From positions 1 through 38,322 of the IMG/VR virus record IMGVR_UViG_3300008255_000062: a stretch of 38,322 nt of DNA. One strand, 5' to 3'. The notes beneath the pieces are model-generated. The model was not told where the DNA came from. It did no database searches and worked only from the letters and a program-made list of their open reading frames with translations. The DNA is from a virus (lineage: Duplodnaviria > Caudoviricetes). The translations under genes and the position numbers were made by a program. Every line of letters starts with the position of its first letter. Within the stretch, counting starts at the first letter, position 1. Shown piece after piece: positions 26,194-36,749 of the stretch.

Positions 26194-26246
26194 TGTTGAT
26201 AGATTGTGAATAAAATGTTGATAGATGTACTAGAATTGGTTATTTT
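26194..26246 (+). promoter_or_regulatory. Late promoter 3 (scaffold/capsid)
   Basis: Three tandem 11-mers TGTTGATAGAT-TGTGAATAAAA-TGTTGATAGAT; TTGATA-17 nt-TATTTT. Confidence 0.65.
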
Positions 26247-26319
26247 AGAGTAGTCGGCTGGACGCTCCAGTTACGGCGCAGGGCTTTTGCTAAAAGCTAC
26301 CTAATCAAGGATAAATGGG

Positions 26320-27321
26320 ATGATCGAGATCCAAACCGAAGAAGGAACCCAAGAGAACCCAACCATTGAACAGTTCTATGCTGGAACGGTTGAATTTTCC
26401 GCATTATCTGAAGCAGATCAGGAAACTGCGCTTCAGAAAGAAGGTGGAGAACAGGTTGAAGAAACTCCTGCTGAGGAGCAAAAGGCTGAAGTTGTTGAAA
26501 AGCCTGAAGAACCGCAAGACGAACTTTCAATATTGAAGAAACGTCATTACGAGAAATCAAACGAACTCAACACTTTCGTTCAAGTACAGCGCAACCACGA
26601 AAAAAGGCTTAAGGAAGATCCGATTTATCGGAAAGAGTGGTTGACTCAGATCGGCATTCAAGAGAAAGAATTGCAGAAGGCAGAAGATTCAGACGCAGTT
26701 GATGTGTATGATGAGAACTACCTCCGGCAGATTGAAAGCTTGAAGCGTGAGGTCTCAGAACTTAGGCAGAGTAGAGTCTCTGAAATGGAGCAGGCCAAAC
26801 AGCAACAGCAATTCGATGGCATCTTTCGTGAGATTGAAGGTTTGCAGGCAGAAGTGCCAGCACTCAAGACATCCATGAATGTCAGAGAGTTGAACGAGTT
26901 GTTTAAGCAAGCTCACATGAATGGGAATGCAACTGCTGAAGCAATGGCGCAGATGGGGGTCTCAAGGGAAGATTTTGACAAGCTTAGCGTGATCCTTAGT
27001 GTTCATGGAAAGCGGGAATCTTATCCATCACTTCGTGCTGCATTTCGGGATTCCGAACACTTTGACAACTTGCAGCGATCTACGGTGAGTGCCGTAACGC
27101 AGGCTAGTCAGCAAGCGCTGGCTAACAAAATGCAAGAGGTCGGCAATCGTCCTCATGTCGTAGATTCTACTTCTGGAGTTGTTGGCGTACAGCAAGGTGG
27201 TTGGACTGAAGAACGGCTTCGTTCTTACTTCAAGTCAAACCCAGATATCTCGAAGTTTGGTGGGAACCAAGCCTTGATTGACGAGTACAGATCAGCAATG
27301 AAAGCAGCTGGAATTGACTGA
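26320..27321 (+). CDS. Capsid scaffolding protein
   Basis: Acidic, E/Q-rich coiled coil between portal and capsid genes. Confidence 0.75.
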   Translation: MIEIQTEEGTQENPTIEQFYAGTVEFSALSEADQETALQKEGGEQVEETPAEEQKAEVVEKPEEPQDELSILKKRHYEKSNELNTFVQVQRNHEKRLKEDPIYRKEWLTQIGIQEKELQKAEDSDAVDVYDENYLRQIESLKREVSELRQSRVSEMEQAKQQQQFDGIFREIEGLQAEVPALKTSMNVRELNELFKQAHMNGNATAEAMAQMGVSREDFDKLSVILSVHGKRESYPSLRAAFRDSEHFDNLQRSTVSAVTQASQQALANKMQEVGNRPHVVDSTSGVVGVQQGGWTEERLRSYFKSNPDISKFGGNQALIDEYRSAMKAAGID

Positions 27322-27343
27322 GGCTTATTCGAGGTAATATACC

Positions 27344-28531
27344 ATGTTGAGAACTGATGCAAATACCCGGATGCTGGCTTGGGATGCTAAGCTCCGTGAA
27401 GATTCCCAAACCGCTGACATTTTCTCAGATTTTTCTGGAACTATGTCTGAAACCATGAAAGTCATTCCTGAAGCCGTTCGTGTGAAGGTTTCTGGCATTA
27501 CACGTGGTGAAGCCAAGCGCACGATCACTATGGTGAAGGCTTTGAGTGGTGCTGGCGTAGCTGGTCGCACATCGCAGATGGGCAACGAGGAAGAGCAGAC
27601 TCAGAAGAGCCTGACCGTGCAGGCTAACAGCTATTCCAACGCTGTTGACTTGGAGACCTATGGCATTGACGCTTGGGAGATGTCGTTCTACGATATTGCC
27701 AAGATCGTTCAGCCACAGCTTTCCCGATGGCACAAGGAGACGGAAGGCAAGCATATTCGTGAGGCTCTGTGCGAACGCTACAGCAGCAATCTCGAAGTTG
27801 CCCCTGCTTCCCTGACACCTTCTCTGCACCCCAACATCTTCATCGTTGATAGCGATACGAATGATGGAACGGGTGGCGTGTACCCTACATATTCCGCAAC
27901 TGCTGGAACCTACAACACCAATGTGGGAACTGCTATTGAGGCAATCACTTGGGGCGCAACCAATCGCCTTACGCAGAAGACCTTGAACGACTTGATCGCT
28001 TGGATCACAGTCACTAAGGAAATCGAGCCTCTGAACATCGGTGGAAAGGATCGCTACATTCTTACGGTTCCTAGCCGTCAGAAGCGTTTCTTGATGGACC
28101 CAACGGTCACCACCAGCTTTGGTGGAACGATGCTTCAGGCAGACGTTCGTGGAGCTGGCAATCGCACAATCGCATATGAAATGCGTGAATACGGCTGCTT
28201 GCTCTTGGTCGAAGACCCACGGTCTCCGATTGCTTCTAGCTCAACTACGGTGACTATCACCTATAAGGGGGCTGGATCTACGGACGGACGTTCGCTCACA
28301 GGCGCAAGCGATGTGTGTGATGTCGGATTTGTGCTTGGTAAGGGTGCTCTCTTCTCCTTTGATGCGGAGCCTCTCCACTTCGAGGAAGAGATTCAGGATT
28401 ACGGCAAGAACAAGGGAATTGGCGCTTTCCGCACCTGTGGTGAGATCCGTGCTGACTTCGATGATGTGACACCTGGAGCAACTACGATTCACAACAAGTC
28501 TTCGGCTATGGTTCTGTTCGGTACTCTCTAA
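27344..28531 (+). CDS. Major capsid protein (N4-gp56/DUF4043-like)
   Basis: 395 aa; LSGAGVAG...MGNEE and FEEEIQDYGKNKGIG motifs; GAGG RBS; strong terminator after. Confidence 0.82.
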   Translation: MLRTDANTRMLAWDAKLREDSQTADIFSDFSGTMSETMKVIPEAVRVKVSGITRGEAKRTITMVKALSGAGVAGRTSQMGNEEEQTQKSLTVQANSYSNAVDLETYGIDAWEMSFYDIAKIVQPQLSRWHKETEGKHIREALCERYSSNLEVAPASLTPSLHPNIFIVDSDTNDGTGGVYPTYSATAGTYNTNVGTAIEAITWGATNRLTQKTLNDLIAWITVTKEIEPLNIGGKDRYILTVPSRQKRFLMDPTVTTSFGGTMLQADVRGAGNRTIAYEMREYGCLLLVEDPRSPIASSSTTVTITYKGAGSTDGRSLTGASDVCDVGFVLGKGALFSFDAEPLHFEEEIQDYGKNKGIGAFRTCGEIRADFDDVTPGATTIHNKSSAMVLFGTL

Positions 28532-28538
28532 AGTAGAA

Positions 28539-28570
28539 GGGTGGCTCTTTCGGGGGCCACCCACTTTTTT
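28539..28570 (+). terminator. Rho-independent terminator
   Basis: GGGTGGCTCT-TTCG-GGGGCCACCC-ACTTTTTT. Confidence 0.85.
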
Positions 28571-28595
28571 AAAGGTTCAAAAAAAAGGGAACGAG

Positions 28596-29054
28596 ATGAA
28601 AATTACGATTGTTTACCAAAGGCCAACTAGGGGCGTTAGTTGCAACCAGTATCCTCAAGGTGGTATTGAGGTCAGCAAAGATGTACGCACAGAAGGTCTC
28701 CACGAAGTTGGGTTTGGAACTGTTACCGAAATGACTCATGTGTTCCGTTTGCCAGGAAACGGAGAATACGAGCTTGAGGTAACACCACACAACATGGAGT
28801 GGTTTAAAAAGGCATCTGTTGACCGCACACTGGAGTGTGGCAAGGTTATTCCTGCATCCTTCAAGCTAAAGTGGGAACAGCAGATGCAGTATGTAAACCA
28901 ATTTGATCCACCAACTCCTGTGGAGAAATTGGTAGAAGAGGCTATATTTACTAAGGTAGAAGATGCTCCTATGGCCAAGAAAAAGGGCCGTCCGGCAAGA
29001 GCAGTGGCAAAACCCAAGGTCGATGTAGCGACTCCTATCGGTGCTGATGCATGA
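28596..29054 (+). CDS. Hypothetical protein
   Basis: 152 aa with KKKGRP tail, as often seen after capsid genes; ATGA-coupled. Confidence 0.65.
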   Translation: MKITIVYQRPTRGVSCNQYPQGGIEVSKDVRTEGLHEVGFGTVTEMTHVFRLPGNGEYELEVTPHNMEWFKKASVDRTLECGKVIPASFKLKWEQQMQYVNQFDPPTPVEKLVEEAIFTKVEDAPMAKKKGRPARAVAKPKVDVATPIGADA

Positions 29055-29746
29055 CCACTAGCCAATTCATAGACCTCTTGGTCAAACTCGCTAATTCTTC
29101 CCTAACAAGGACGCAGTTGCTGGCAATTACCAATATTGCTCAGAATGAGATTCTTGACCACGACTCTCCTCTGACTAGGCTGCGCCCTGACCCTGTGCTT
29201 CCAACCACAGACGGAACGTACGCTTATACGCTCGATGCTGCGACTATTGCGGCTATTAGCACAGATGGAAGGCTTGCTCGTAGAGCTAGAAAGGTCTATG
29301 TTCGTGGCGATAATCTGAACAACTACAACTACAGCAATAACCCGCCCATGTATCGCACAGATGGCGGTGTTAATGCAGTAGGAATGGCAATGTATGATGC
29401 TCATGCGTCCTTGCAGGAGTCTCCAGAGCCTATCAATTCTAGCGCATACTTTCCAACGGTCAGGTTTGACGAGGATGACAATCCAGGGACAACAACGGAT
29501 GTGTTCAGCCTTGAACTATATATGTGGCCTCTTCAGCTCACTTCTGAGTCTGTCCAGATTACAATCCCTGCCGCACACCAAGGTCGTGTGTTGCAGAGTC
29601 GTGTTATGATGACGATTGAGCAAGCTGAGTATGGTCGTTCCGACTATTGGGAAGAGCGTTACTGGAAATATCTGAAAGAGTTCAATTCTTCTATGGACAG
29701 GAACTTAACCTCTGACAGGGCTGATATGCAGTTCAGGGACTTCTAA
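29051..29746 (+). CDS. Putative head-tail adaptor
   Basis: MTTSQFID...ITNIAQNEI helical N-terminus, beta middle, IPAAH...YLKEF helical end; position. Confidence 0.65.
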   Translation: MTTSQFIDLLVKLANSSLTRTQLLAITNIAQNEILDHDSPLTRLRPDPVLPTTDGTYAYTLDAATIAAISTDGRLARRARKVYVRGDNLNNYNYSNNPPMYRTDGGVNAVGMAMYDAHASLQESPEPINSSAYFPTVRFDEDDNPGTTTDVFSLELYMWPLQLTSESVQITIPAAHQGRVLQSRVMMTIEQAEYGRSDYWEERYWKYLKEFNSSMDRNLTSDRADMQFRDF

Positions 29747-32412
29747 TGAGTGGACGGCTGAGGAGGACAAGCAGATCGCAGGGAGAGCGTGAGATCATAA
29801 GGAAGCAGGAAGGTTTCCTTGGCGGATTAGACAACACGCACCCAGCCGGATCTATTGATGCTACTCAGCTTGCTGACTTGGAGAACTTCATCCCATATCG
29901 TGACAGGCTAGAGGCAAGGTCTGGCTGCGTAGAACTTAGTGCTACCACATTCCCAGCTGGGACAATGGATATTTTCCAGTATGTTGGAGGAAGCTTCGGG
30001 TATATCTGCGTTGTGGCAAATGTTGTTTATTACTCTGGTGACTTGGGAACTTGGACAAGTGCTGGAAGCGTTGGGTCAGTAGTTACCTCTGTCCATGCTC
30101 TTGGTGAAGAAACGGTGATCATCATTGGCTATGATGCCAAGATTTGGAGACTTTACTATGGGACAAGTTCAAAGTCTCTACGTCAGGTAAATACAACTAC
30201 TCCAATATGGACAGAAGCGCATGACGCTACTGGTGCATATACATACCACTATGCGTTCTCTTGGGTAAGAATTACCAGCGCAGCCAATGTAACGCTTGGA
30301 ACAGGGACAAACAGAAAGACATCGGGATCTGTTGTTAGGGCTGAGTCTGGTGGCAACACAAACGCATCGCAGCTAGAGACATACCATATTGATACTACTG
30401 CAAATCCAATAGATAGCACAAACACAAACACAGTATTCTCGTATGGGACACAGATTGCTACCGCTCCACCTGCTGGTTCTTGGACCCATGTCGGTGTATA
30501 TAGAACTCTGAATCTTGGAACCGCAGACGTTGATGAACATAGTGAGTTCACGTACTATTGGGTAGGAGATCTGCCATTTTCTGATACTACGTTTGTTGAT
30601 AACAGATCTGATGAGGACATATCAGCAGAAGTGAACTTTAAGAGTCGTAGGTATGTCCCTATATCAAACGGATACAACGCTACCGTAACTCCAGCTCTGT
30701 TTTTCTCTACGACTAATACTAATCAGAATATGATCGCATACTCTGAGAATGATGAGACCATTGGGTATCATAATCCTCTAATGTCAGAGGAACTTGATGA
30801 TGCAGTCATTAACATAACTCCTATTACTGACAGGGTTCTCATAACCGCCAATGGAAAGACATACACAAAGGCTCTCTATGGTGAGACTAACGCAGGCATT
30901 GCTGAGTCTGGAGAATACGCACCGGTGTTCCCTGCTTCATCTCTCATAGATAACAATATTGGAGTTGTAGGAACTCAGCGTTTGTGTAGTGCTGGCGATG
31001 GAATGGCATTTGCACTATGCAACGACAAAACTATCAGACTATTTGATGGAGAGCGTTGGGGTAACAGCCTTTCTGATGACATCAGTGCCTTTGTAAATAC
31101 AGCTGTTTCAGTTCTGATGTTTTATAGTCCTAGCGGCTATCTGATGCTTTGGGCAAGCACTTCTGGTGCAGATCCACAAATGACCAATTGCTATAGACTT
31201 GGCCTTAGAGAAGATGTTGGTTTGGGTTGGACTAAGCTCACAGGCGATGGGTTCCCTGACCTAGAGGCCCAAGGATACGGAAAAACCGCTACGCTTTCTG
31301 GCACTGGTCTTATCTATGTTGCTAATGATGACACCGGAACCCCGTATGCGATTGAGACCGTTGGATCATCTCGCATAGCAAGCGACAATAACGCAACTGA
31401 TATTGTGTGCAAGGCAAAGACAAGGGAGATGACTGGTGCTTACGAATCCTATACTTGCCGCCATTTGGAATCTCATGCATACTGGCGGCCGTATGGAAGC
31501 TCGTTTGAAACAGGGCTTGAGGTTACTGCTAGGGCTTATGTTGACGGCTCTTCTACTGCTAGTGCTGTGGCACTTATTTCTCCTAAGAAGCGTGATATAT
31601 CGTTTGACAAGGTGGTTAGCGGAAATCGCTTCCAGCTTGAACTCGAAACTAACAAAGGCAATATATCTCTTCTAGGAACAGACACCTATCTGTCTGTTCA
31701 GGACCGCAATACATTTGACCAAGACCCAACGGAAGACACTTATCAAGGTGAGTTTTCTTCTCCTGCATTTTGGCTTGGGTCCAATAGTCTGTATGGGGTT
31801 TCTTCTAGCACGGCTCCGGTAAACATGGCCGATGGAAGTGTACCATCAACCGCTTCTGGAACGATGACAGGAATCTCAGACGTTGTTTCGTCTACCGGTG
31901 CTTTTGATATGGGAGCTGGAACTCCAGATTTCAAGTGGGCAGGAGGGACTACGTTCTCTGACTTCACCGCTATGTTCTGGATAAAATACCAGTCCTTTTC
32001 AAACACCGGAGTAATGCCACAAATTCAGTATGCCAATAACTCGTTCTCGTTCTCGATCAGCATGTCTAGCGCAACGAATCTACACATACGGATAGAGCCA
32101 TCAACAGAAATAAACACTGCGGTTTCTAATTGGACAACTGGTGGAACAAGCGGATGGCATCACTTTGCGATGACTAGGGCATCTGGCGTTATCAAGCTAT
32201 ACCAGAATGGAAGTTTGGTTGGAACCCTTGGAACGGTCTCTGATTCTATTGGTGGTGGAGACTTTATCGTAGTTGGGCTTGGTGCTGGTGGATCTGACAA
32301 TCTATTGTTTGACCTTCGGTTCTTTGGGTATTCAATTAACGCAGAAGCAATCACGTACTACTACAACAACGTGGTGAGTTACGAAGGGGCGGCAGTCTTG
32401 CCGAGCAGATAA
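29746..32412 (+). CDS. Putative tail nozzle/stabilisation protein with C-terminal LamG-like domain
   Basis: FLGGLDN...DLENF...LEARSG N-terminus, beta-propeller-like body, FTAMFWIK...WHHFAMTR...LYQNG...DLRFF. Confidence 0.7.
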   Translation: MSGRLRRTSRSQGEREIIRKQEGFLGGLDNTHPAGSIDATQLADLENFIPYRDRLEARSGCVELSATTFPAGTMDIFQYVGGSFGYICVVANVVYYSGDLGTWTSAGSVGSVVTSVHALGEETVIIIGYDAKIWRLYYGTSSKSLRQVNTTTPIWTEAHDATGAYTYHYAFSWVRITSAANVTLGTGTNRKTSGSVVRAESGGNTNASQLETYHIDTTANPIDSTNTNTVFSYGTQIATAPPAGSWTHVGVYRTLNLGTADVDEHSEFTYYWVGDLPFSDTTFVDNRSDEDISAEVNFKSRRYVPISNGYNATVTPALFFSTTNTNQNMIAYSENDETIGYHNPLMSEELDDAVINITPITDRVLITANGKTYTKALYGETNAGIAESGEYAPVFPASSLIDNNIGVVGTQRLCSAGDGMAFALCNDKTIRLFDGERWGNSLSDDISAFVNTAVSVLMFYSPSGYLMLWASTSGADPQMTNCYRLGLREDVGLGWTKLTGDGFPDLEAQGYGKTATLSGTGLIYVANDDTGTPYAIETVGSSRIASDNNATDIVCKAKTREMTGAYESYTCRHLESHAYWRPYGSSFETGLEVTARAYVDGSSTASAVALISPKKRDISFDKVVSGNRFQLELETNKGNISLLGTDTYLSVQDRNTFDQDPTEDTYQGEFSSPAFWLGSNSLYGVSSSTAPVNMADGSVPSTASGTMTGISDVVSSTGAFDMGAGTPDFKWAGGTTFSDFTAMFWIKYQSFSNTGVMPQIQYANNSFSFSISMSSATNLHIRIEPSTEINTAVSNWTTGGTSGWHHFAMTRASGVIKLYQNGSLVGTLGTVSDSIGGGDFIVVGLGAGGSDNLLFDLRFFGYSINAEAITYYYNNVVSYEGAAVLPSR

Positions 32413-32720
32413 TGGCTAGTGGAGTACCATCAATCCCAGGTAGAACCCGTTCTCCGGTAGAACTCTGGAGAGCCATTCAGGATCTTCAGAGGAGGATTGG
32501 AACTGGTGGCGTAAGCATTCTTGTTTCTGGTGGTGGAGGTGGTGGGAGCAGTGGAGGAGGAACGGCAGTCACGTCTACTTACAGCAGCGTGCTTAAGCCT
32601 TGGAATGTAACCGCCCCAGACACAGTTACTGCTGGAGAGACTTGGTGTGTTTCAGAAGTTAATCTTGAACCTTATGGCGAGCTCACGCTTGATGGCGAAC
32701 TCGTACTCTTGGGGGGCTAA
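32412..32720 (+). CDS. Small tail protein
   Basis: Short coiled coil, poly-Gly linker, LTLDGELVL end; coupled to neighbours. Confidence 0.55.
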   Translation: MASGVPSIPGRTRSPVELWRAIQDLQRRIGTGGVSILVSGGGGGGSSGGGTAVTSTYSSVLKPWNVTAPDTVTAGETWCVSEVNLEPYGELTLDGELVLLGG

Positions 32721-35195
32721 ATGTCCAGTGGTCTAGTACTTACCGAGCAAGCAACCCCAGCAACGCCTGCGTCTGGTAGGCTTAAGCTTTACGCAAAGAA
32801 CGATAGTCTTCTGTATATCCTAGACGATGCAGGATCTGAGACGCAGATCCCTGTTTCTACAAGCTATCTACCACTATCAGGCGGGACTCTTTCTGGATCA
32901 CTGACTATTGGTGCTACCCAAGGTCAGTTCTTTGATTTCGTTGCATCTGGATACGCACTATCTAGAAACAACTACGATGCCAACAACTACTTTCGCTCAT
33001 ACCTAACTGCTGGAAGCAACACGACAGAGTCCTACTTTGACGCGACGCATTACTGGAAGGCGTACGCTGACGCAAATAATTGTTATGTGAACTACATCAA
33101 TGGTTCTGATAAATCCATTGCGATCAATACTAACTCCGGTGGTAATGTCCTAGGAAATTGGAAGGCATCTGCAGCAGCTAGCACACTAGAGGCAACGATC
33201 ATCGCTGGCTCTGGACAGACAGGATTCCTCGCTCTAAATGACGCTACCCATTCGGGCTTGCTATACGCCACATCAAGCCTTTCTGCTATGTATCTGGCTC
33301 AGGGATCTGCGAGCGCAGGGATGGATGTAGGGTCTACTGACGCTGGAATAGACCTAGCATTTGGAACGTCCTTGATGGCTGTGAGTGTCAACGCTACGGA
33401 CTCGACACTGACTCTTACTGCCAGTGGAAATTCCATTTTGCTCGATCCAAATGGAACGTCTAACTTCGATGGAAGTGTTTCGATTGCTGGAGATTTAGCC
33501 GTCCTTGGGACCACGGCCACAATAAATACTACAAATCTTCTGGTCGAAGATCCGCTCACACTTTTTGCTTCTGGGAACGCCACGGACGCAATCGACATTG
33601 GCCTGATCGGTCAGAGACTGAGTAACAATATCGGCTTGATCTGGGACGAGAGTGCAGACGAGTTCGCCTTCATCCTGACTACCGATGACGGGACGACATC
33701 TGGCAATGTGACGATTTCGTCCTATGCGGACTTGCGAGCTGGCACTATTTACGGAACACTCGGAACTGCCGCACAGCCCAATATCACAAGCGTTGGCACG
33801 CTAACTGGACTGACAATTTCTGGAGACATTATAGGGGTCGGTGGTACTACGATCACGGGTGGATCTGGAAATTCCGAAACGCTAACGCTAACATCTACAT
33901 CGGCAGGAGTGCTTGGCAATGTCATAGTGAATGCTGCTGATCTCATTTTTAACTCAGCTGTTCCAGACTTTATCATGGTTGACACTAACGCCACCACTGA
34001 GACAGAAGTACAAGCTCTGATTATTGCTGGATTTACTACTGGGTCTTCTGACTGGGCATGGTCGATTGGCACAGAGACAACTACAGATGCTCATGTATCG
34101 ATTCGCAATCGGGAAGCTGGCGGAAATGTTGAAATTATCGGATCTGGCGGTGGCGCAATTTTCGATATCCTACTGGACACAGCAGTAACAGGAACTCTTA
34201 CTGTAACTGGTGATCTAGTAGTAAATACAAGCGCATTGTTTGTTGATGTTTCGCAAAATAATGTCGGCATCGGAACTGCATCGCCTGTCTCGGCTAACCG
34301 TCTGCAAGTGGCTCCGATGACCGACACTGGCAATGACAAAATTGCCTATTTCGGCAAGGCATCAGGTGGTGGCTCTGGTGGTCTTCTTTTCCGAAATGTG
34401 TCTGGTATTCCGACAATTACTGGCGCAGACGATGCGGGTTATGTAGGTGCTCACGACTGGCAACTCCAGAGGACTACCACTTTTCTAAAGCTGACAACCA
34501 CTGGAGTAGAGATTACTGGCGCGCTCTCTGTGAGTGGGAACCACACCATCGGTGGCGGGGCTTCTGCATCAGAACTTAGACTACTAGAGCCCAGTGCGGG
34601 TGGAACGAGTTACACCGGATTCAAGGCTCCTGCCTTGGCTGGGAATGTGATCTACACGCTACCTACAGCGGACGGAGCCAGTGGAGAAGTCCTCTCGACA
34701 AACGGAAGTGGAGCGCTCTCATGGACTGCGGGTGGTGGTGGTGGATTATCCAATCCATGCCAGTCGAATGGACACATATCAGAACAGACTGGGTTCACAT
34801 CTGCGGTTGATACCGACTACTGGGTCAGGTGGATCTGCCCTTTTGATTTCACAGCAACGAGCATGAATTTCTTTATCATCAACGCCGGAACTGACACTAT
34901 ACATCTCGGTGTGTATGATGACTCTGGTAATAAGCTGCAGGCGACATCAAAAAGCGTAACGACTGAAACAGGCATTCAGTCTGCTACAATCACATCTCAG
35001 GCTCTAACGGGTGGGTCCGCCTATTGGCTTTGCCTCAAGACCGAGGTCAATGCGGCAACCCTTGCGGGTCATGACAATGGGGGCTCCCATGTGCAGATAG
35101 CAAGAGCGCTTTATGATGTTGCAAGTAGTTTGCCTGCAACTTACGCAGGGTCTACGGTATCTAGCGTGATTCCGTGGGTGGGGATTTGTGGATAA
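32721..35195 (+). CDS. Tail fibre / receptor-binding protein
   Basis: 824 aa, G/S/T-rich; YLPLSGGTLSGSL, AAQPNITSVGTL, NVGIGT and YTLPTADG...VLSTNGSGALSW fibre modules. Confidence 0.8.
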   Translation: MSSGLVLTEQATPATPASGRLKLYAKNDSLLYILDDAGSETQIPVSTSYLPLSGGTLSGSLTIGATQGQFFDFVASGYALSRNNYDANNYFRSYLTAGSNTTESYFDATHYWKAYADANNCYVNYINGSDKSIAINTNSGGNVLGNWKASAAASTLEATIIAGSGQTGFLALNDATHSGLLYATSSLSAMYLAQGSASAGMDVGSTDAGIDLAFGTSLMAVSVNATDSTLTLTASGNSILLDPNGTSNFDGSVSIAGDLAVLGTTATINTTNLLVEDPLTLFASGNATDAIDIGLIGQRLSNNIGLIWDESADEFAFILTTDDGTTSGNVTISSYADLRAGTIYGTLGTAAQPNITSVGTLTGLTISGDIIGVGGTTITGGSGNSETLTLTSTSAGVLGNVIVNAADLIFNSAVPDFIMVDTNATTETEVQALIIAGFTTGSSDWAWSIGTETTTDAHVSIRNREAGGNVEIIGSGGGAIFDILLDTAVTGTLTVTGDLVVNTSALFVDVSQNNVGIGTASPVSANRLQVAPMTDTGNDKIAYFGKASGGGSGGLLFRNVSGIPTITGADDAGYVGAHDWQLQRTTTFLKLTTTGVEITGALSVSGNHTIGGGASASELRLLEPSAGGTSYTGFKAPALAGNVIYTLPTADGASGEVLSTNGSGALSWTAGGGGGLSNPCQSNGHISEQTGFTSAVDTDYWVRWICPFDFTATSMNFFIINAGTDTIHLGVYDDSGNKLQATSKSVTTETGIQSATITSQALTGGSAYWLCLKTEVNAATLAGHDNGGSHVQIARALYDVASSLPATYAGSTVSSVIPWVGICG

Positions 35196-35278
35196 GATGA
35201 CTGAGATCAAAACAAGGAGCCTAAAATGGCATACGCAACCGCACTAGAATTTAAAACCGCCATCACAGGAGAATAGTC

Positions 35279-35605
35279 ATGGCAATCGAACAGGGACAAC
35301 TCTCGGCAACAGCCACAGCAATCGTAACCGTATCTGCGGGGCAGAACCCAAAGATCGTAACTAATGATTGGTGGTACAATACTGACGCTTCTAGTGCGTA
35401 TGGAATTGATGTACACATCGTGAAGTCTGGCGGTGCATATGGCACAACTAACCAGATTGCTGACATTGTTGGCACTTCTATTGCCGCCAATAGCACGGTA
35501 GAGCTTGGCATGAAGGACATCAGGCTTGATGTTGGCGATAGCATTGTTGCCAAGAGCGATCTTGCAAACACCATCACTTACACTATCGCAACCAAGGAAA
35601 TGTAA
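35279..35605 (+). CDS. Small beta-rich virion/tail protein
   Basis: 108 aa, AGGAG RBS, IAANST...LDVGDSI pattern. Confidence 0.6.
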   Translation: MAIEQGQLSATATAIVTVSAGQNPKIVTNDWWYNTDASSAYGIDVHIVKSGGAYGTTNQIADIVGTSIAANSTVELGMKDIRLDVGDSIVAKSDLANTITYTIATKEM

Positions 35606-36381
35606 TGATTGCGCTTCCACAGACTATGGGTTCCATGACCAAGGGTCTTGGGAGCCTTCCTATTCCTCGTCCAAGTGGTGGACATACCACACTTTCTACA
35701 ATCTTTTCAACAGACGAATCTTTCAGCGCAGCGCCTCTTCCTGCAACTGAATATTGGGACGTGTCTTGTTGGCTTTATTTGCCTTCTGGTGCACCTGGTA
35801 GATCGTTTGTGTGCATCACGAAAGCAAGTGCAGTAACTTTCTGGACAATAGCAAGCGGAGGTAGCGGACAACTTTATGTTGAGATCGGAAACCAATCAGC
35901 TACATCTCGGAGATATATTTTTCCGTCTGGTGATTATCGTGGTGCTGGATGGACTCATGTAATTGCAAGCAAAGATGACCAAGGTGTCAGACTGATGATC
36001 AATGGTGTGGAGAAAACTGGACAAGTTAATGTCGGTGCTTTGCCAGATGTAACTGCTCCTTCGCATTCTTTTATTGGTGCTTTTTCATACAATGGTGTAA
36101 TTACAACCTATTTGACAGGCCAAATCTGTGAGCCTGCATACCACTTTACGGATACTCTTGGAGACTTGTGGGATGCTACAGAAAAGGCAGAAATTTACAA
36201 TGGTGGAAAGACTTGGGACATGAGTACAGCAACCGCTCCGATCACTAGATATTTTCACGCTGGTTCTGATACAAGCGGTGGTGCTAGTGCTTTAGTATGG
36301 ACCGATACCAAAGCCGTTGGAAACATTACAGCCACAAACATGACTCAGGACGATAATGTCATAGAAAGTGCTCTACCATGA
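35605..36381 (+). CDS. LamG/concanavalin-A-like tail protein
   Basis: VSCWL...WTHVIAS...LMING...FIGA...GQI...AEIYNGG. Confidence 0.65.
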   Translation: MIALPQTMGSMTKGLGSLPIPRPSGGHTTLSTIFSTDESFSAAPLPATEYWDVSCWLYLPSGAPGRSFVCITKASAVTFWTIASGGSGQLYVEIGNQSATSRRYIFPSGDYRGAGWTHVIASKDDQGVRLMINGVEKTGQVNVGALPDVTAPSHSFIGAFSYNGVITTYLTGQICEPAYHFTDTLGDLWDATEKAEIYNGGKTWDMSTATAPITRYFHAGSDTSGGASALVWTDTKAVGNITATNMTQDDNVIESALP

Positions 36382-36749
36382 TAGACTCACTAATTTCGAG
36401 CAAAGTAGCAACTCCTGCAAATGATGCCCAGTATATCATGTATATTTTAGTTATTGGGGCTTTGTGCGCTTGGTTCTTGTGGCTCAAATGGGGTCAGAAG
36501 AAGTACACGGGCGAAGAGAGAAGGAGCGAATGTGTGACTCACTCGGAGGAAATGCTGGCTATGAAAAAAGACATCGAGCATCTCCAAGAGGGCCAGACTC
36601 GAATTGAGACCAAGGTAGACAAGGGGTTTTCTTCTGGTGATGCCCGCATGAAGGCCCTAGAGGACTCTGTGCAGGCTCTAGCTGTTCGGATGGCCAGCAT
36701 CAAATGCGGTGTGCTAGAGGCTATCCAACAGGCTCTAAAGGATAAATGA
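36378..36749 (+). CDS. Putative holin-like membrane protein
   Basis: One transmembrane helix (YIMYILVIGALCAWFLWL) then a coiled coil; upstream of the endolysin. Confidence 0.5.
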   Translation: MIDSLISSKVATPANDAQYIMYILVIGALCAWFLWLKWGQKKYTGEERRSECVTHSEEMLAMKKDIEHLQEGQTRIETKVDKGFSSGDARMKALEDSVQALAVRMASIKCGVLEAIQQALKDK

